Of a stretch of DNA of 50,881 bases, positions 1-9,408 are shown in pieces. Positions within the stretch are counted from its first letter, which is position 1. Every line of letters starts with the position of its first letter. The stretch is taken from NCBI GenBank assembly GCA_964631415.1, contig CAZVZC010000010.1, positions 1 through 50,881 of the forward strand. Direction: 5' to 3'. Source of the stretch: an uncultured archaeon. Its GTDB lineage: Archaea; Asgardarchaeota; Thorarchaeia; Thorarchaeales; Thorarchaeaceae. Below the pieces are notes generated by a model. It was not told the origin of the DNA. It saw nothing but the letters and a program-made list of their open reading frames with translations, and searched no databases. The translations under genes were made by a program, and so were the position numbers.

Positions 1-3
1 GAC

Positions 4-837
4 ATGTTCAAGTTCAATGAGGACGGCTTCACTCCTGACTACTCCTCCATCGAGAAGAGAGTCATCATTGGCCTACACCCCTGTGAGATTCATGGGTTGC
101 TCAAGCTCGACAGGATATTCGACAACCCGCCGGCCGACCCGTACTATATGGGCCAGCGAAAGAACTCAATCATCATTGGATGGTCATGTGCTGTATGCGA
201 GAATGCACTGTGTAAGAGCACACATACAGACATCGTCGAGGAGGGCTTCGACCTGTTCTTCGTCGACGTCGGAGGATTCTACCTTGTCTGGATTGGCTCA
301 AGCGTTGGATACGACATGATTCATGACAAGGAGGAGTTCTTCGAGAGCACGGTCACGCGCGATGACCTCAAGGCGTACGTCGACTGGCGCGCAAAGCGCG
401 ATTCCAGTTTCATGAAGTCCTTCAACTTTCCGAACATGCCGGACATTATGGACATGAGCTACCAGAGCCCGATCTGGGACTACTTCGCCAACAAGTGCAT
501 ATCCTGTGGCCAGTGTTCGATGGTCTGCCCAACATGCAACTGCTACAACGTCACGGACCACTTTGATCTCAGCAATGCCAGCACAGGAAGACGTGAGAGG
601 TACTGGGACAGCTGCATGTACTTGGAGTATAGTCTAGTAGCAGGGGGACACAACTTCCGTGCCTCTCGTGCGGACAGACTGAAGCTATGGTACACCCACA
701 AGCTGAAGACTTACGGCAGCCAATACGCAAAACCGGGTTGCGTAGGATGTGGGAGGTGTGTGGACACCTGTCCTGTTGACATCAACGTGCTGACAGTTTC
801 GGAGGCTCTCACGACCGGGGAGGTGCCCAAGAAATGA
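4..837 (+). CDS. hydB: Group 3b [NiFe]-hydrogenase (sulfhydrogenase) beta subunit, 4Fe-4S; probably 5'-truncated by the window edge
   Basis: Motifs CISCGQCSMVCPTCNC, RERYWDSC, GGHNFR and CVGCGRCVDTCPVDI; the frame is open to position 1; first gene of a beta-gamma-delta-alpha operon. Confidence 0.9.
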   Translation: MFKFNEDGFTPDYSSIEKRVIIGLHPCEIHGLLKLDRIFDNPPADPYYMGQRKNSIIIGWSCAVCENALCKSTHTDIVEEGFDLFFVDVGGFYLVWIGSSVGYDMIHDKEEFFESTVTRDDLKAYVDWRAKRDSSFMKSFNFPNMPDIMDMSYQSPIWDYFANKCISCGQCSMVCPTCNCYNVTDHFDLSNASTGRRERYWDSCMYLEYSLVAGGHNFRASRADRLKLWYTHKLKTYGSQYAKPGCVGCGRCVDTCPVDINVLTVSEALTTGEVPKK

Positions 838-1685
838 GCGTACAGATACCATACACTAATCCATTCCTGCCAGAACCTGCAAGGATTGTCCGCCAGTACG
901 ATCTCATCGAGAATCACAGATTCCTGCAGGTACGACATCTCGACATGAAGAAGGCTATGTCGTTCACCTACAATCCCGGGCAGTTCATGATGGTGTCGTT
1001 GCCCGGCGTCGGCGAAGCTCCCTTCTCCATCTCTTCTACACCAAGTCGCCCGGGAATTATCGAGTTCGGCATTCGGAAAGTTGGGAAAGTATCCACGGTG
1101 CTGCACCAAAAGAGAGACAACGACACGATTTATCTGCGGGGGCCTTATGGTGATGGGTTTGCGCTTGAGGACATGTTCGGCAAGGACATCCTCATCGTAG
1201 CCGGTGGGCTTGGTGTCATTCCACTGCGGTCAATTCTCTATTACGTCCTAGACAACCGAGACAAGTTCGGTAGGCTTTTCTTCCTCTATGGTGCCAGAAA
1301 CCCCGGGGAGATTCTGTTCAAATCCGAGTTCTTCCAGCTGAGAGACCGCCAAGACGTCGAGTGCTACTTCACGGTCGACAAGGACCCGACGGGTCAGTGG
1401 ACAGAGAATGTCGGAGTTGTAACGACCCTCTTCTCAAAGCTTCCAAAGATCGACCCACTGAGCGTCAACGCTGTCGTGTGTGGACCTCCAGTCATGTATA
1501 GATTTGTGATTGAGAAGTTTCTCAACCTGAAGATCCCCAAGACACAGATCCAGATGTCGCTTGAGCGGCGAATGCACTGTGGGATAGGGAAGTGTGGTCA
1601 CTGTGTGCTCGACCACTTGTACACGTGCCTGGACGGACCAATCTTCACTTACTGGGACACTCTTCACTTCAGGGAGTTGATCTAG
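834..1685 (+). CDS. hydG: Sulfhydrogenase gamma subunit (FAD/NAD(P)-binding, 2Fe-2S)
   Basis: PGQFMM, GEAPFSISS, RGPYGDGF, VAGGLGVIP, VCGPPVM, CGIGKCGHC..CLDGP; ATGA overlap with hydB. Confidence 0.92.
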   Translation: MSVQIPYTNPFLPEPARIVRQYDLIENHRFLQVRHLDMKKAMSFTYNPGQFMMVSLPGVGEAPFSISSTPSRPGIIEFGIRKVGKVSTVLHQKRDNDTIYLRGPYGDGFALEDMFGKDILIVAGGLGVIPLRSILYYVLDNRDKFGRLFFLYGARNPGEILFKSEFFQLRDRQDVECYFTVDKDPTGQWTENVGVVTTLFSKLPKIDPLSVNAVVCGPPVMYRFVIEKFLNLKIPKTQIQMSLERRMHCGIGKCGHCVLDHLYTCLDGPIFTYWDTLHFRELI

Positions 1686-2483
1686 ATGACAGAACAGAAG
1701 AAACAGAAGGCAATAACAAAGCCCAAAGTGGGCATCTATGGTTTTACTGGCTGCGCAGGCGACCAGCTCCTTCTAATCCACAGTGAAGATCAGCTTCTGG
1801 ACCTCTTCAAGGCGACCGACATAAGGTCATTTGTCATGGCATCCAGCGAACCTGTCGAAGAGGAGATAGATGTCGCCCTCATAGAGGGGAGCATCAGCAC
1901 GGAAGAAGAGAAAGCACGCGTCCAAGAGATTCGGAAACGCGCGAAGATTGTTGTTGCGATAGGTAACTGTGCTGTGAGCGGAGGACCACAGGCCATGTTC
2001 GCTGCCGATGGCGAGTTCGCCAAACGTTTGAAGCAGGTCTACGGCGACGTCAAGTTCATCACGGACCCGCTTGAAGCAACCCCCATCGACGCTCACATCA
2101 TTGTGGACTACTACCTGCCGGGCTGCCCAATCGGTCAGCCGCAGACGTTCGCACTTCTCTCAAGACTCATTCATGGGGCACCGCCTGATGAGTGCACGCG
2201 TCCAGTGTGCCATGAATGCAAGCTGAATGAGAATCGTTGTCTCCTTCGTGACAAGAAGTTCTGCCTCGGGTCATTGACAACTGCAGGCTGCGGGGCAGTA
2301 TGCCCAACCTACGGTTTGCCATGTGTCGGCTGCTGGGGGCCCAACAAGGACGGCAACTTCGCTCAGATCGTCAAGAGCCTTGCCGAGTTCGGGATCATGC
2401 CAGAAGACATCAAGCGGCGGGTGCGCAACTATGGTGGGCACAAGATTCTGCAGTACATCAAGGATCTGGAGATAATGAGGTGA
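1686..2483 (+). CDS. hydD: [NiFe]-hydrogenase small (delta) subunit
   Basis: GFTGCAGDQL, IEGSIS, AIGNCAVSGG, YLPGCP, VCHEC, CLGSLTTAGCGAVCP..PCVGCWG. Confidence 0.92.
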   Translation: MTEQKKQKAITKPKVGIYGFTGCAGDQLLLIHSEDQLLDLFKATDIRSFVMASSEPVEEEIDVALIEGSISTEEEKARVQEIRKRAKIVVAIGNCAVSGGPQAMFAADGEFAKRLKQVYGDVKFITDPLEATPIDAHIIVDYYLPGCPIGQPQTFALLSRLIHGAPPDECTRPVCHECKLNENRCLLRDKKFCLGSLTTAGCGAVCPTYGLPCVGCWGPNKDGNFAQIVKSLAEFGIMPEDIKRRVRNYGGHKILQYIKDLEIMR

Positions 2484-2491
2484 TATGACTA

Positions 2492-3784
2492 ATGGCGACA
2501 AAAAGCAGCATATTCATTGAGCCCTTGGCACGAGTTGAGGGTCATGGAGGCATCAAGGTCGAGATCAAGGACAACAAGATCAGAAACGTTGAGGTCCAGG
2601 TTCTTGAGGGGCCACGGCTGTTTGAGGCCATGTTAGTTGGCAAGACTCCAGAGGAGGACATCAGCATTGTCCCGAGAATATGCGCGATCTGCAACCTCTC
2701 GCACAAGTATTCAGCACTTCGAGGACTCGAGAAGGCGCTTGGAATACAGGTGCCAGAGATCATCAACATGTATCGCCATTTGATGCATCATGGAGAGATG
2801 ATAGAGAGTCATAGCCTTCACCTCTACTTCCTCGCCCTTCCTGATTTCTTTGGCTATCCCAATGCGGTGGCAATGGCTGACAAGTACGGTGCGGTCGTGA
2901 CAAATGCACTCAGGCTGAAGAAATTCGGTAACATGGTCATGAAGACGATGGGTGGCAGGATGATCCATGGGGAGAATCCGATAATAGGAGGCTTTGCTAA
3001 GCTCCCTGATGAGAAGACTCTCCTCGCGATAAAGCAAGAAGCGTCAGCGCTCATGCCGTTTGTTCTTGAAACGATCGACATGCTTTCGATACTGGGCGTT
3101 CCGGACTTCATGGAGCGCGATACACAGTATCTCTGCTGCAAGCCGCCGCACTCTGGATATGATTACTACTGAGATGCGCTCATGACCTCAGACGGGAAGG
3201 AGTATCCACTCGACAGCTACAAGAGCGTCATAACCGAGAGAGTTGTGCCACACAGCTTTGCCAAGCGATGCTCCTATCTCGGAAAGCCGTACTCCGTCGG
3301 TGCGCTTGCCAGGGTGCTTTTACTTGGCTCTCGCCTGAAGGGCGATGCAAAGGCTAGCTACAAGAAGCTCTACAACAAGCGGTGGCCAAGAAACCCACTT
3401 TACAACAACTTCGCCCAAGCAATCGAGATGGTCTACTCGCTCGACGAGATCAAGTCAACAGTGGACAAGCTTCTCGGTCAGCAATCACCGAGTACCATGA
3501 AACCGACTAGGCTGACTGGCATGGGCACCGGTGGCGTGGAAGCACCACGCGGCACCCTCATCCACCACTATGAGCTCAAGGATGGGAAGACAACTGCAGC
3601 TGACATCATAACACCTACTGCTATGTTCCTCGATGATATCGAGGCTTTCATCCGTGAGGGTGGCGAAGAGTTGCTTGCAAAGGGTCAAACCACTAATCTC
3701 GAGTTGCAGTTCGAGATGATAGCCCGGTCCTATGACCCCTGCATCAGCTGTAGTGCTCACATGGTAACACTTGAGTTCAAGTAA
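2492..3784 (+). CDS. hydA: [NiFe]-hydrogenase large (alpha) subunit, interrupted by one in-frame TGA at 3170-3172 (pseudogene, sequencing error or read-through)
   Basis: ORFs 2492-3172 and 3182-3784 are in the same frame; ARVEGHG, L1 RICAIC..SH, EAPRGTLIHHY, L2 YDPCISCSAH plus a short C-terminal extension. Confidence 0.9.
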
Positions 3785-3794
3785 AAGACTCCCG

Positions 3795-3939
3795 CCATGT
3801 AGTAGCGCAGAGATCTGCCCAGTTCCCGGTCGGAGTGAGCCTCCGGCCGGGGCTGAGCGCAAGGTCCGTGTCTGCAAAGAAGAGGTCTTGTTAAGGACCA
3901 GAGAGTCTGGCAGGCACTTTTCGAGGCGCTGCTGCATGG
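3795..3939 (+). ncRNA. Putative structured RNA element (multi-stem) between hydA and the methyltransferase
   Basis: 14-bp closing stem 3795-3808/3926-3939, 5-bp stem 3815-3819/3909-3913, 15-bp hairpin 3820-3855, hairpin 3884-3899; the G-U wobbles work on the + strand only. Confidence 0.45.
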
Positions 3940-6470
3940 ATGCTGACATTCGATTTCTTCAAAGCAAAGGAATCATGAATGATGCAGTCCATGTGACTGT
4001 GCCGACCGAGGCCAAGCCTCTCGACATCCAGTACAGCCCGATGCTTCGCATGGCCTACCTCGAGGGCGACGTATCTATTGACGAGGACTATGTTGCCAAC
4101 CAACTAAGCTCAGCGTTGGTGCTTGACTACCTGTGGCTCTTCAATGGTCACACGAGAGTCTACAGGTTCTTCGGCGAGAGAAGATATGCAGACTTTCCCG
4201 ACACTAAGGCTCTCGAAGACACTCTTAGCGCGGCTGGAAGCACAGGCCTGCGGCCAAACACACTGCACTGCCTGTTCGAAGACCAAAGTATCCTCAAGAA
4301 GATCAATGACAGGCTTTGGCTCACAAGGATGAAGATGGCTGAGTGCATGGATGCACGCAAGCCCCTTAGAGAGAGACTTCTTGATGCCCAGAGAATCATA
4401 GATGATGTGATCGTGGCAAAGTTCCTAGGAGAGCCATGCAGCCGGATGGTTTCTGAACAAGAGGCAACACGCCTGCTCACTGAAGAGCTTGAAGACTGCA
4501 CTTGGAGTCTGAATCCGGTCAATTGCGGCTCTCCGTGCATAACGCCAAGCATCCTGGAATGGACCTACGAGAACTTCACATCAGGCCTGATGAGCCTACC
4601 CGATGGCTCAGATGACGTTGAGTTCCGGCGTGCTACTCTCAAGCGCAACAATCGCAAGACAGGCACCTACTACACGCCTGAATACATCGCTCGGTACATT
4701 GTCGGCAATGCGCTCACAATGTGGCTCAAGCGCAGAACTGGATTGGACGTGACAAACCCTGAGCAGCTTGTGGGTGCCGCAGACGACCTGAAACGTGGAG
4801 CACTTGACCATCTCAAGGGCATCACAATCATTGATCCTGCTGTCGGTGGCGGGGCCTTTCTACTTGCGGCAGGTGAGTGGTTAGAGAGTTGCAGAATCGC
4901 GCTTGGTGATAAGACTCCGAGAGATGCTTTGCGAGCATGCATCATCAGTCACAACCTCCACGGCGTAGACTTGAAGCCCGGAGCTGTGCAACTATGCAGA
5001 CTAAGACTACGATTGTGGTATCTCTCATCGTTCGACCCCTCGAGTAGTCCAGAAGTCCTACAGACCGACCGGAACATAAGATGCGGCAACAGTCTCGTGG
5101 GGCCAACACCCGAAAATCGCGACATAGTTCATCCTGCGTTGTTCACGAATGCTGAAGAATCGCAGTTCGATTGGACTGAGGAATTCGCTCACGTCATGTC
5201 TGGCAAAGAGAAGGGATTTGATGTCGCAGTCGGAAACCCGCCATATGGAAACATCCTCTCGGAACGGGAGAGAAGGTTCATCTCATACTCATACGAACAA
5301 GTAGTAAGCGGCAGCCCTGGCGGCACTTGGAACAGCGCCGCATTCTTCATTGTACGCAGCCGGATGATTGTGAAAGAGGGAGGCGAAATCGGCTTCATCG
5401 TACCGAACAGCATCCTGAGAGTTGGTCAGTTCTCGAAAACGAGACAATTTCTCCTGCATCATACGCGGCTGTGGGAGGTAGTGGATGAAGGAAGCCCGTT
5501 CAATGATGTCACACTGGAGATGGTCAGCGTGTTCTGCACGGCCGAGAATGACAGCGGCGGCCACAGTGTACGAATAGTATCGAGGAGACCGGGCATGGAG
5601 AGTGCACACAACACAACATGGGAGTCACTGCTGTCAGGTAGGCTCTTCGTGCTATACGGCGACGACATCCTCGAGAAGGCGCTAGACAGAGGAGTCAGAG
5701 GACTAATCATGGGCACACGTGGCAGGGACATACCCACCGAACACGTCCGCGCAGAGGTTGGTGGAGCATTCAGAGTTCCATATGCGACCAGCGGCCACAG
5801 TGTAAAACGATACGCCCTGGATTCCAAACACCTGATTCATGTGGACAGATGGTTCGAGCGTGATGCCGCGTTGCTGGACTCCTTCTCCAACAGCTTCCTC
5901 ATAGCCACAAAGAACTACCCCTACCCTCGATGTGTCATGAAACCAAGAGGAGTCATACATGGAGGCGGGGCTGTGAGGATCAAAGCAATGCATGACAATG
6001 TCGACCTTGAGGCTCTCGGCGCAATACTGAACTCGCGTGCGGTCAGATATATATGTCGTCGTTATCTCACGAACTATTCCCAGCTTACGACATGCTTGAA
6101 CACAGGAATCCTAGAAGACCTTCCCGTTGCTTACCCCAAGCACAGCAAGCCTTTCAAGCTCCTATTCAGGGCTCTGAGCGAACTTCATCAAGCGAACGAA
6201 CCCTCACACGATGACAGGGCAGCACAGAAGTATCTCGAAGCACTCGCAGATGCGCTCGCATATTCGCTGTACTTCGACGAAAGTGATGAGCTCCTGCAAG
6301 CTGTGAACATAGTTCTTAGCTCGGTCGACTCGTGCATCACTGCTGGTGATCTCTACAAGGCGCTAAACACCGAGCATCTGGACATTCTAGTGCGTGAAGT
6401 GCTAGAGAGCCCCATTGTAAAGAGGATCGAGTCATCGCCGTTCATGGGGCAGCCTTCCCCGGCCGCTTAG
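3936..6470 (+). CDS. N6-adenine DNA methyltransferase, Eco57I/TaqI-like (type IIG-like architecture), solitary
   Basis: GTYYTPEYI, motif I IIDPAVGGGAFL, HGVD, NIRCGNSL, motif IV FDVAVGNPPY, TaqI-C-like tail (LGAILNS); start at 3936 or 3975 preferred over 3771. Confidence 0.88.
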   Translation: MDADIRFLQSKGIMNDAVHVTVPTEAKPLDIQYSPMLRMAYLEGDVSIDEDYVANQLSSALVLDYLWLFNGHTRVYRFFGERRYADFPDTKALEDTLSAAGSTGLRPNTLHCLFEDQSILKKINDRLWLTRMKMAECMDARKPLRERLLDAQRIIDDVIVAKFLGEPCSRMVSEQEATRLLTEELEDCTWSLNPVNCGSPCITPSILEWTYENFTSGLMSLPDGSDDVEFRRATLKRNNRKTGTYYTPEYIARYIVGNALTMWLKRRTGLDVTNPEQLVGAADDLKRGALDHLKGITIIDPAVGGGAFLLAAGEWLESCRIALGDKTPRDALRACIISHNLHGVDLKPGAVQLCRLRLRLWYLSSFDPSSSPEVLQTDRNIRCGNSLVGPTPENRDIVHPALFTNAEESQFDWTEEFAHVMSGKEKGFDVAVGNPPYGNILSERERRFISYSYEQVVSGSPGGTWNSAAFFIVRSRMIVKEGGEIGFIVPNSILRVGQFSKTRQFLLHHTRLWEVVDEGSPFNDVTLEMVSVFCTAENDSGGHSVRIVSRRPGMESAHNTTWESLLSGRLFVLYGDDILEKALDRGVRGLIMGTRGRDIPTEHVRAEVGGAFRVPYATSGHSVKRYALDSKHLIHVDRWFERDAALLDSFSNSFLIATKNYPYPRCVMKPRGVIHGGGAVRIKAMHDNVDLEALGAILNSRAVRYICRRYLTNYSQLTTCLNTGILEDLPVAYPKHSKPFKLLFRALSELHQANEPSHDDRAAQKYLEALADALAYSLYFDESDELLQAVNIVLSSVDSCITAGDLYKALNTEHLDILVREVLESPIVKRIESSPFMGQPSPAA

Positions 6471-6516
6471 ACACTGATGCTTAAATAAGAGACCGAAGCA
6501 ATAGACCCAGAACGCA

Positions 6517-7125
6517 ATGGCAGAAGAAAGAGACAAGGCGGCCGCGGCCCCGGATGAGTCCTCCCGAATGGCAGAAGAGATTGCCCGTTCGGTAGAACGA
6601 GAGGAGGCGAGTGAGGACGACGGACTGACGCGCCAGGAACGAGTCATCGCAAAGAGCAAGGAAGAGGAAAGGATTCGCAAGGCGCGGGAACTGAAGAAAC
6701 AGCTACGCAAGAGAGAGTTGGGCATTGTCAGGTACCGGTGGCCGGCGATCACACTGATCCTGAGCGGCGTGCTCTCGGTCTGGACCGAGTTTCTAGCAGT
6801 AATGGTACATCCGCCAGACGCAGGATTCGACAGCTTCTTCGAGGCAACGTTCTCGCAATACGGGGGTGGCTTCTTCTTGTTTCCTGCGATTGCCGGTGCA
6901 ATCATGATTGTGTGTGGCGTCCTTGCCTATACGAATCCAAAGGCCACCTTCTTCTCGATCTTCCCAGCCATGATGATGGCCATGGCAGGCATGTACGTCT
7001 TCTTTCTGATCTCAATAGGTCAACAGCTCGACCCCACAGGCTACTCAGTGACAGGAACTCCTTTCACGATGCTTCTGATAGCTCTTCTCTCAGTCATCTC
7101 AATCCTGTTTCGTGAGAAAGAGTGA
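6517..7125 (+). CDS. Membrane protein (about 4 TM) with a charged helical N-terminus
   Basis: E/K/R-rich N-terminus followed by four hydrophobic segments; TTAAATA box at 6481. Confidence 0.75.
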   Translation: MAEERDKAAAAPDESSRMAEEIARSVEREEASEDDGLTRQERVIAKSKEEERIRKARELKKQLRKRELGIVRYRWPAITLILSGVLSVWTEFLAVMVHPPDAGFDSFFEATFSQYGGGFFLFPAIAGAIMIVCGVLAYTNPKATFFSIFPAMMMAMAGMYVFFLISIGQQLDPTGYSVTGTPFTMLLIALLSVISILFREKE

Positions 7126-7166
7126 CCTCTCTCAATGAAGTGTTTCCTCAACTGAAAGAAGCTGTT

Positions 7167-7733
7167 CTAGCTTAGGAACTCGTCAAGCCTTCCCTCGTTA
7201 TCTAACAGTTCCATCCAGTCATACCGAGGCGAGGGCACTGCGGACTCAAGGAACTGGATTATCACATCGGCGACTTGCAGCGGATTGGTGTCAGTCGTAT
7301 CAATCTCGAACACCTTCTCCTCCCCGAACGCTTCAATTGCGTCCATCTGACACACCCCTATGACCTCTGCCTCCACATTCTCGAAGACCTTCTCCTTCGA
7401 GTAGCCCCGGGCAAGCAGTCGCTCTCTCAGAGTGTCAGGATGAGTCCTCAGAACGAATGCATGCTCTACCGACCTGTTTGGAACCAAGTCAATGTAGTGA
7501 CCCTCAACGATGATGCGGTGGGGTTTCCCCTCAACTTCGTCCATTATTGCTTCGACGAGACAGTCTTCGTCGATTATGTCGGTGTCACGGGCATCGTCCC
7601 TAGCCGAAATGCAGCCCTTGCGTTGGGCTAGATCACTCATGGAGATGACTTCAGCTTTGAGCCGTGTGCCCAACACCTCCGCGACCTCGGACTTCCCTGT
7701 GCCTGGAGAGCCTCCAATCAGAATCGCCGTCAT
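7167..7733 (-). CDS. Adenylate kinase, AK6/Fap7 family
   Basis: GGSPGTGKS P-loop, IIVEGHY (hhh[DE]xH), RLLARGYSKEKVFENVEAE; start moved to ATG 7733. Confidence 0.9.
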   Translation of the reverse strand: MTAILIGGSPGTGKSEVAEVLGTRLKAEVISMSDLAQRKGCISARDDARDTDIIDEDCLVEAIMDEVEGKPHRIIVEGHYIDLVPNRSVEHAFVLRTHPDTLRERLLARGYSKEKVFENVEAEVIGVCQMDAIEAFGEEKVFEIDTTDTNPLQVADVIIQFLESAVPSPRYDWMELLDNEGRLDEFLS

Positions 7734-7823
7734 TGAAGGAGTACCACGACATAACTGATAAAAAGCCGACTCATAGCTGTCACCATCGAGCAACAGAGCC
7801 TTTCGCGCAATGGAGCGACAATC

Positions 7824-8327
7824 ATGGCATGGACGGTCCGACAGTTTGAACGCAGCGACATGGAGTCGGTCGTCGAGGTCAACAGGACATGTCTTCCAGA
7901 GAACTACCCAGAGCAGTTCTTCTTGGGGTTGTACTATCACGCACCTAAGGCATTTCTGGTAGCACTTGTCGATGACGTTCTTGTGGGCTATATCATGTGC
8001 AGGATTGAGAGAGGCATGTCCACCTACGGACGCTCTCCCGTGAAGAAGGGCCACATTGTGTCTGTGGCCGTGGCAAATGAGCATCGTCACCAAGGGATAG
8101 GGTCAGACCTCGTCAAGGCCGCTATGAAAGCGATGATAGGCTACGGTGGTGAAGAGTGCTTCTTGGAAGTACGCAAGTCGAATGAGGCGGCAATCTCCAT
8201 CTACGAGAACCTAGCCTTCGAAATCAAGCGTGTTTTGAAAGGATACTACAGGGACGGAGAAGACGCCTACCTGATGACGAAGAAGCTCGACGCTGCGCCG
8301 GAGGCGAGCATTGATGCCGGCGCATGA
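7824..8327 (+). CDS. N-terminal acetyltransferase, ARD1/NAA10 (RimI-like)
   Basis: NRTCLPENY, KGHIVSVAV..HRHQGIG, LEVRKSN, YYRDGEDAY. Confidence 0.92.
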   Translation: MAWTVRQFERSDMESVVEVNRTCLPENYPEQFFLGLYYHAPKAFLVALVDDVLVGYIMCRIERGMSTYGRSPVKKGHIVSVAVANEHRHQGIGSDLVKAAMKAMIGYGGEECFLEVRKSNEAAISIYENLAFEIKRVLKGYYRDGEDAYLMTKKLDAAPEASIDAGA

Positions 8328-9234
8328 CATAGTCGTGCCCCTCATACCTGAGTGTTCAGCGTGCATTGTGAACAGTCTGGAAACCCTCATACCTCTGCTT
8401 GCAGAAAGCAGAGAGGAACAGTTCGAGCTTTTCAGGTTGGCTTACAAACGGTTGTCTGAAGGTTGCGGGCAGGGAGTTGAGCCCGTCATTCTCTCCATCT
8501 TGCTATACAGGGAACTCTATTCTCTCAAGGGTGTTGAGAACCCTCTGAGAGAAATCAAGCGGATGAGCATCGAAGCTGCGCAGAGAGCCCTGCCTTGGGT
8601 TGAGATCGAGGTGTCCTCAAAGAAAGGCTACGAGAAGTTGAGGGCCGCACTGGCTGCATCGATTGCAGGCAACCTTATTGACTATAACACATCCAGTCAC
8701 AGGCCAGACCTCGATCAGCTGGCAGCCTCATTCGCAACTTTGCTGACCCAAGGGTTCGCCATCGACGACTCTCGTAGCATGTGGGAGTCACTGACCCATA
8801 GAAAAGGAAGACTGGTCTTTCTGGCTGACAACGCAGGTGAAACTCTCTTCGACACACCGTTGGTCAGACTCATCAAGGAACTCGGATGGAGCGTAGACTA
8901 TGTGGTCAAGGCCAAGGCCATGGTCAATGATGCAACAGAGGAGGATGTGAGGGGGACAGAGATAGAGAGTCTGGCGAGGATCACGACGACTGGCGCATGG
9001 GCGCACGGTGTCCCCAAGCGATGGGTCAGTCAGGAGTTCCTAGACACAGTGGCAAGGTCAGAAATGGTGATCTCGAAAGGGCAGGCGAACGTCGAAACCT
9101 TCCCAGAGATACAGAAAGACACCGATGTTGAAACCTATTATGTGCTGAAGGCGAAGTGTCCTCACATCGCCCATGCAATCAATGCTAAGAAAGGCGACAA
9201 CGTAGTCCTCCGCAGGCCGCCGGTAGTAGGATAA
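8311..9234 (+). CDS. DUF89/ARMT1-like damage-control phosphatase
   Basis: ECSAC, IAGNLIDY, ADNAGE..FD, NDAT, ISKGQANVET, KAKC. Confidence 0.88.
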   Translation: MMPAHDIVVPLIPECSACIVNSLETLIPLLAESREEQFELFRLAYKRLSEGCGQGVEPVILSILLYRELYSLKGVENPLREIKRMSIEAAQRALPWVEIEVSSKKGYEKLRAALAASIAGNLIDYNTSSHRPDLDQLAASFATLLTQGFAIDDSRSMWESLTHRKGRLVFLADNAGETLFDTPLVRLIKELGWSVDYVVKAKAMVNDATEEDVRGTEIESLARITTTGAWAHGVPKRWVSQEFLDTVARSEMVISKGQANVETFPEIQKDTDVETYYVLKAKCPHIAHAINAKKGDNVVLRRPPVVG

Positions 9235-9319
9235 GGTAGCTCTTACCCTCGAAACATGCCGACAACCTTTTTAGCTCACAACAGCCAGCGGCGCCGTCAC
9301 AGATGGGTTCGGAAGATAA

Positions 9320-9400
9320 TCTTTAAATGCTGAACGCGAAGTCCATGTACAGTTTTATCAGCTGGTCTAGCCGGCAGTTACGGCTAGACTAGGTTGGAGG
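9320..9400 (+). promoter_or_regulatory. Thermosome promoter (TTTAAA) and 5'UTR hairpin abutting the Shine-Dalgarno site
   Basis: ctttaaatg at 9321-9329; 12-bp stem ctggtctagccg/cggctagactag at 9362-9392; GGAGG at 9396-9400. Confidence 0.5.
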
Positions 9401-9408
9401 CGCTAGCG

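Noticed and set aside
3170-3172. Genome-wide UGA=Gly/Trp reassignment
   Set aside because: Many genes here end correctly at TGA (837, 2483, 7125, 11748).
3730-3760. [NiFeSe] hydrogenase
   Set aside because: The L2 motif is DPCISC with Cys codons; the TGA is far from the known Sec site.
3771-3935. N-terminal 55 codons of the 899-aa ORF
   Set aside because: They overlap hydA, read as non-protein-like and coincide with the structured element; a later ATG is preferred.
3975-4008. Eukaryote-like SECIS (ATGA..stem..GA)
   Set aside because: The stem is only ~7 bp, there is no proper GA quartet geometry, and it lies inside the MTase CDS.
7734-8093. Long N-terminal extension of AK6 in the ORF track
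   Set aside because: It is antisense to the well-supported ARD1 gene.
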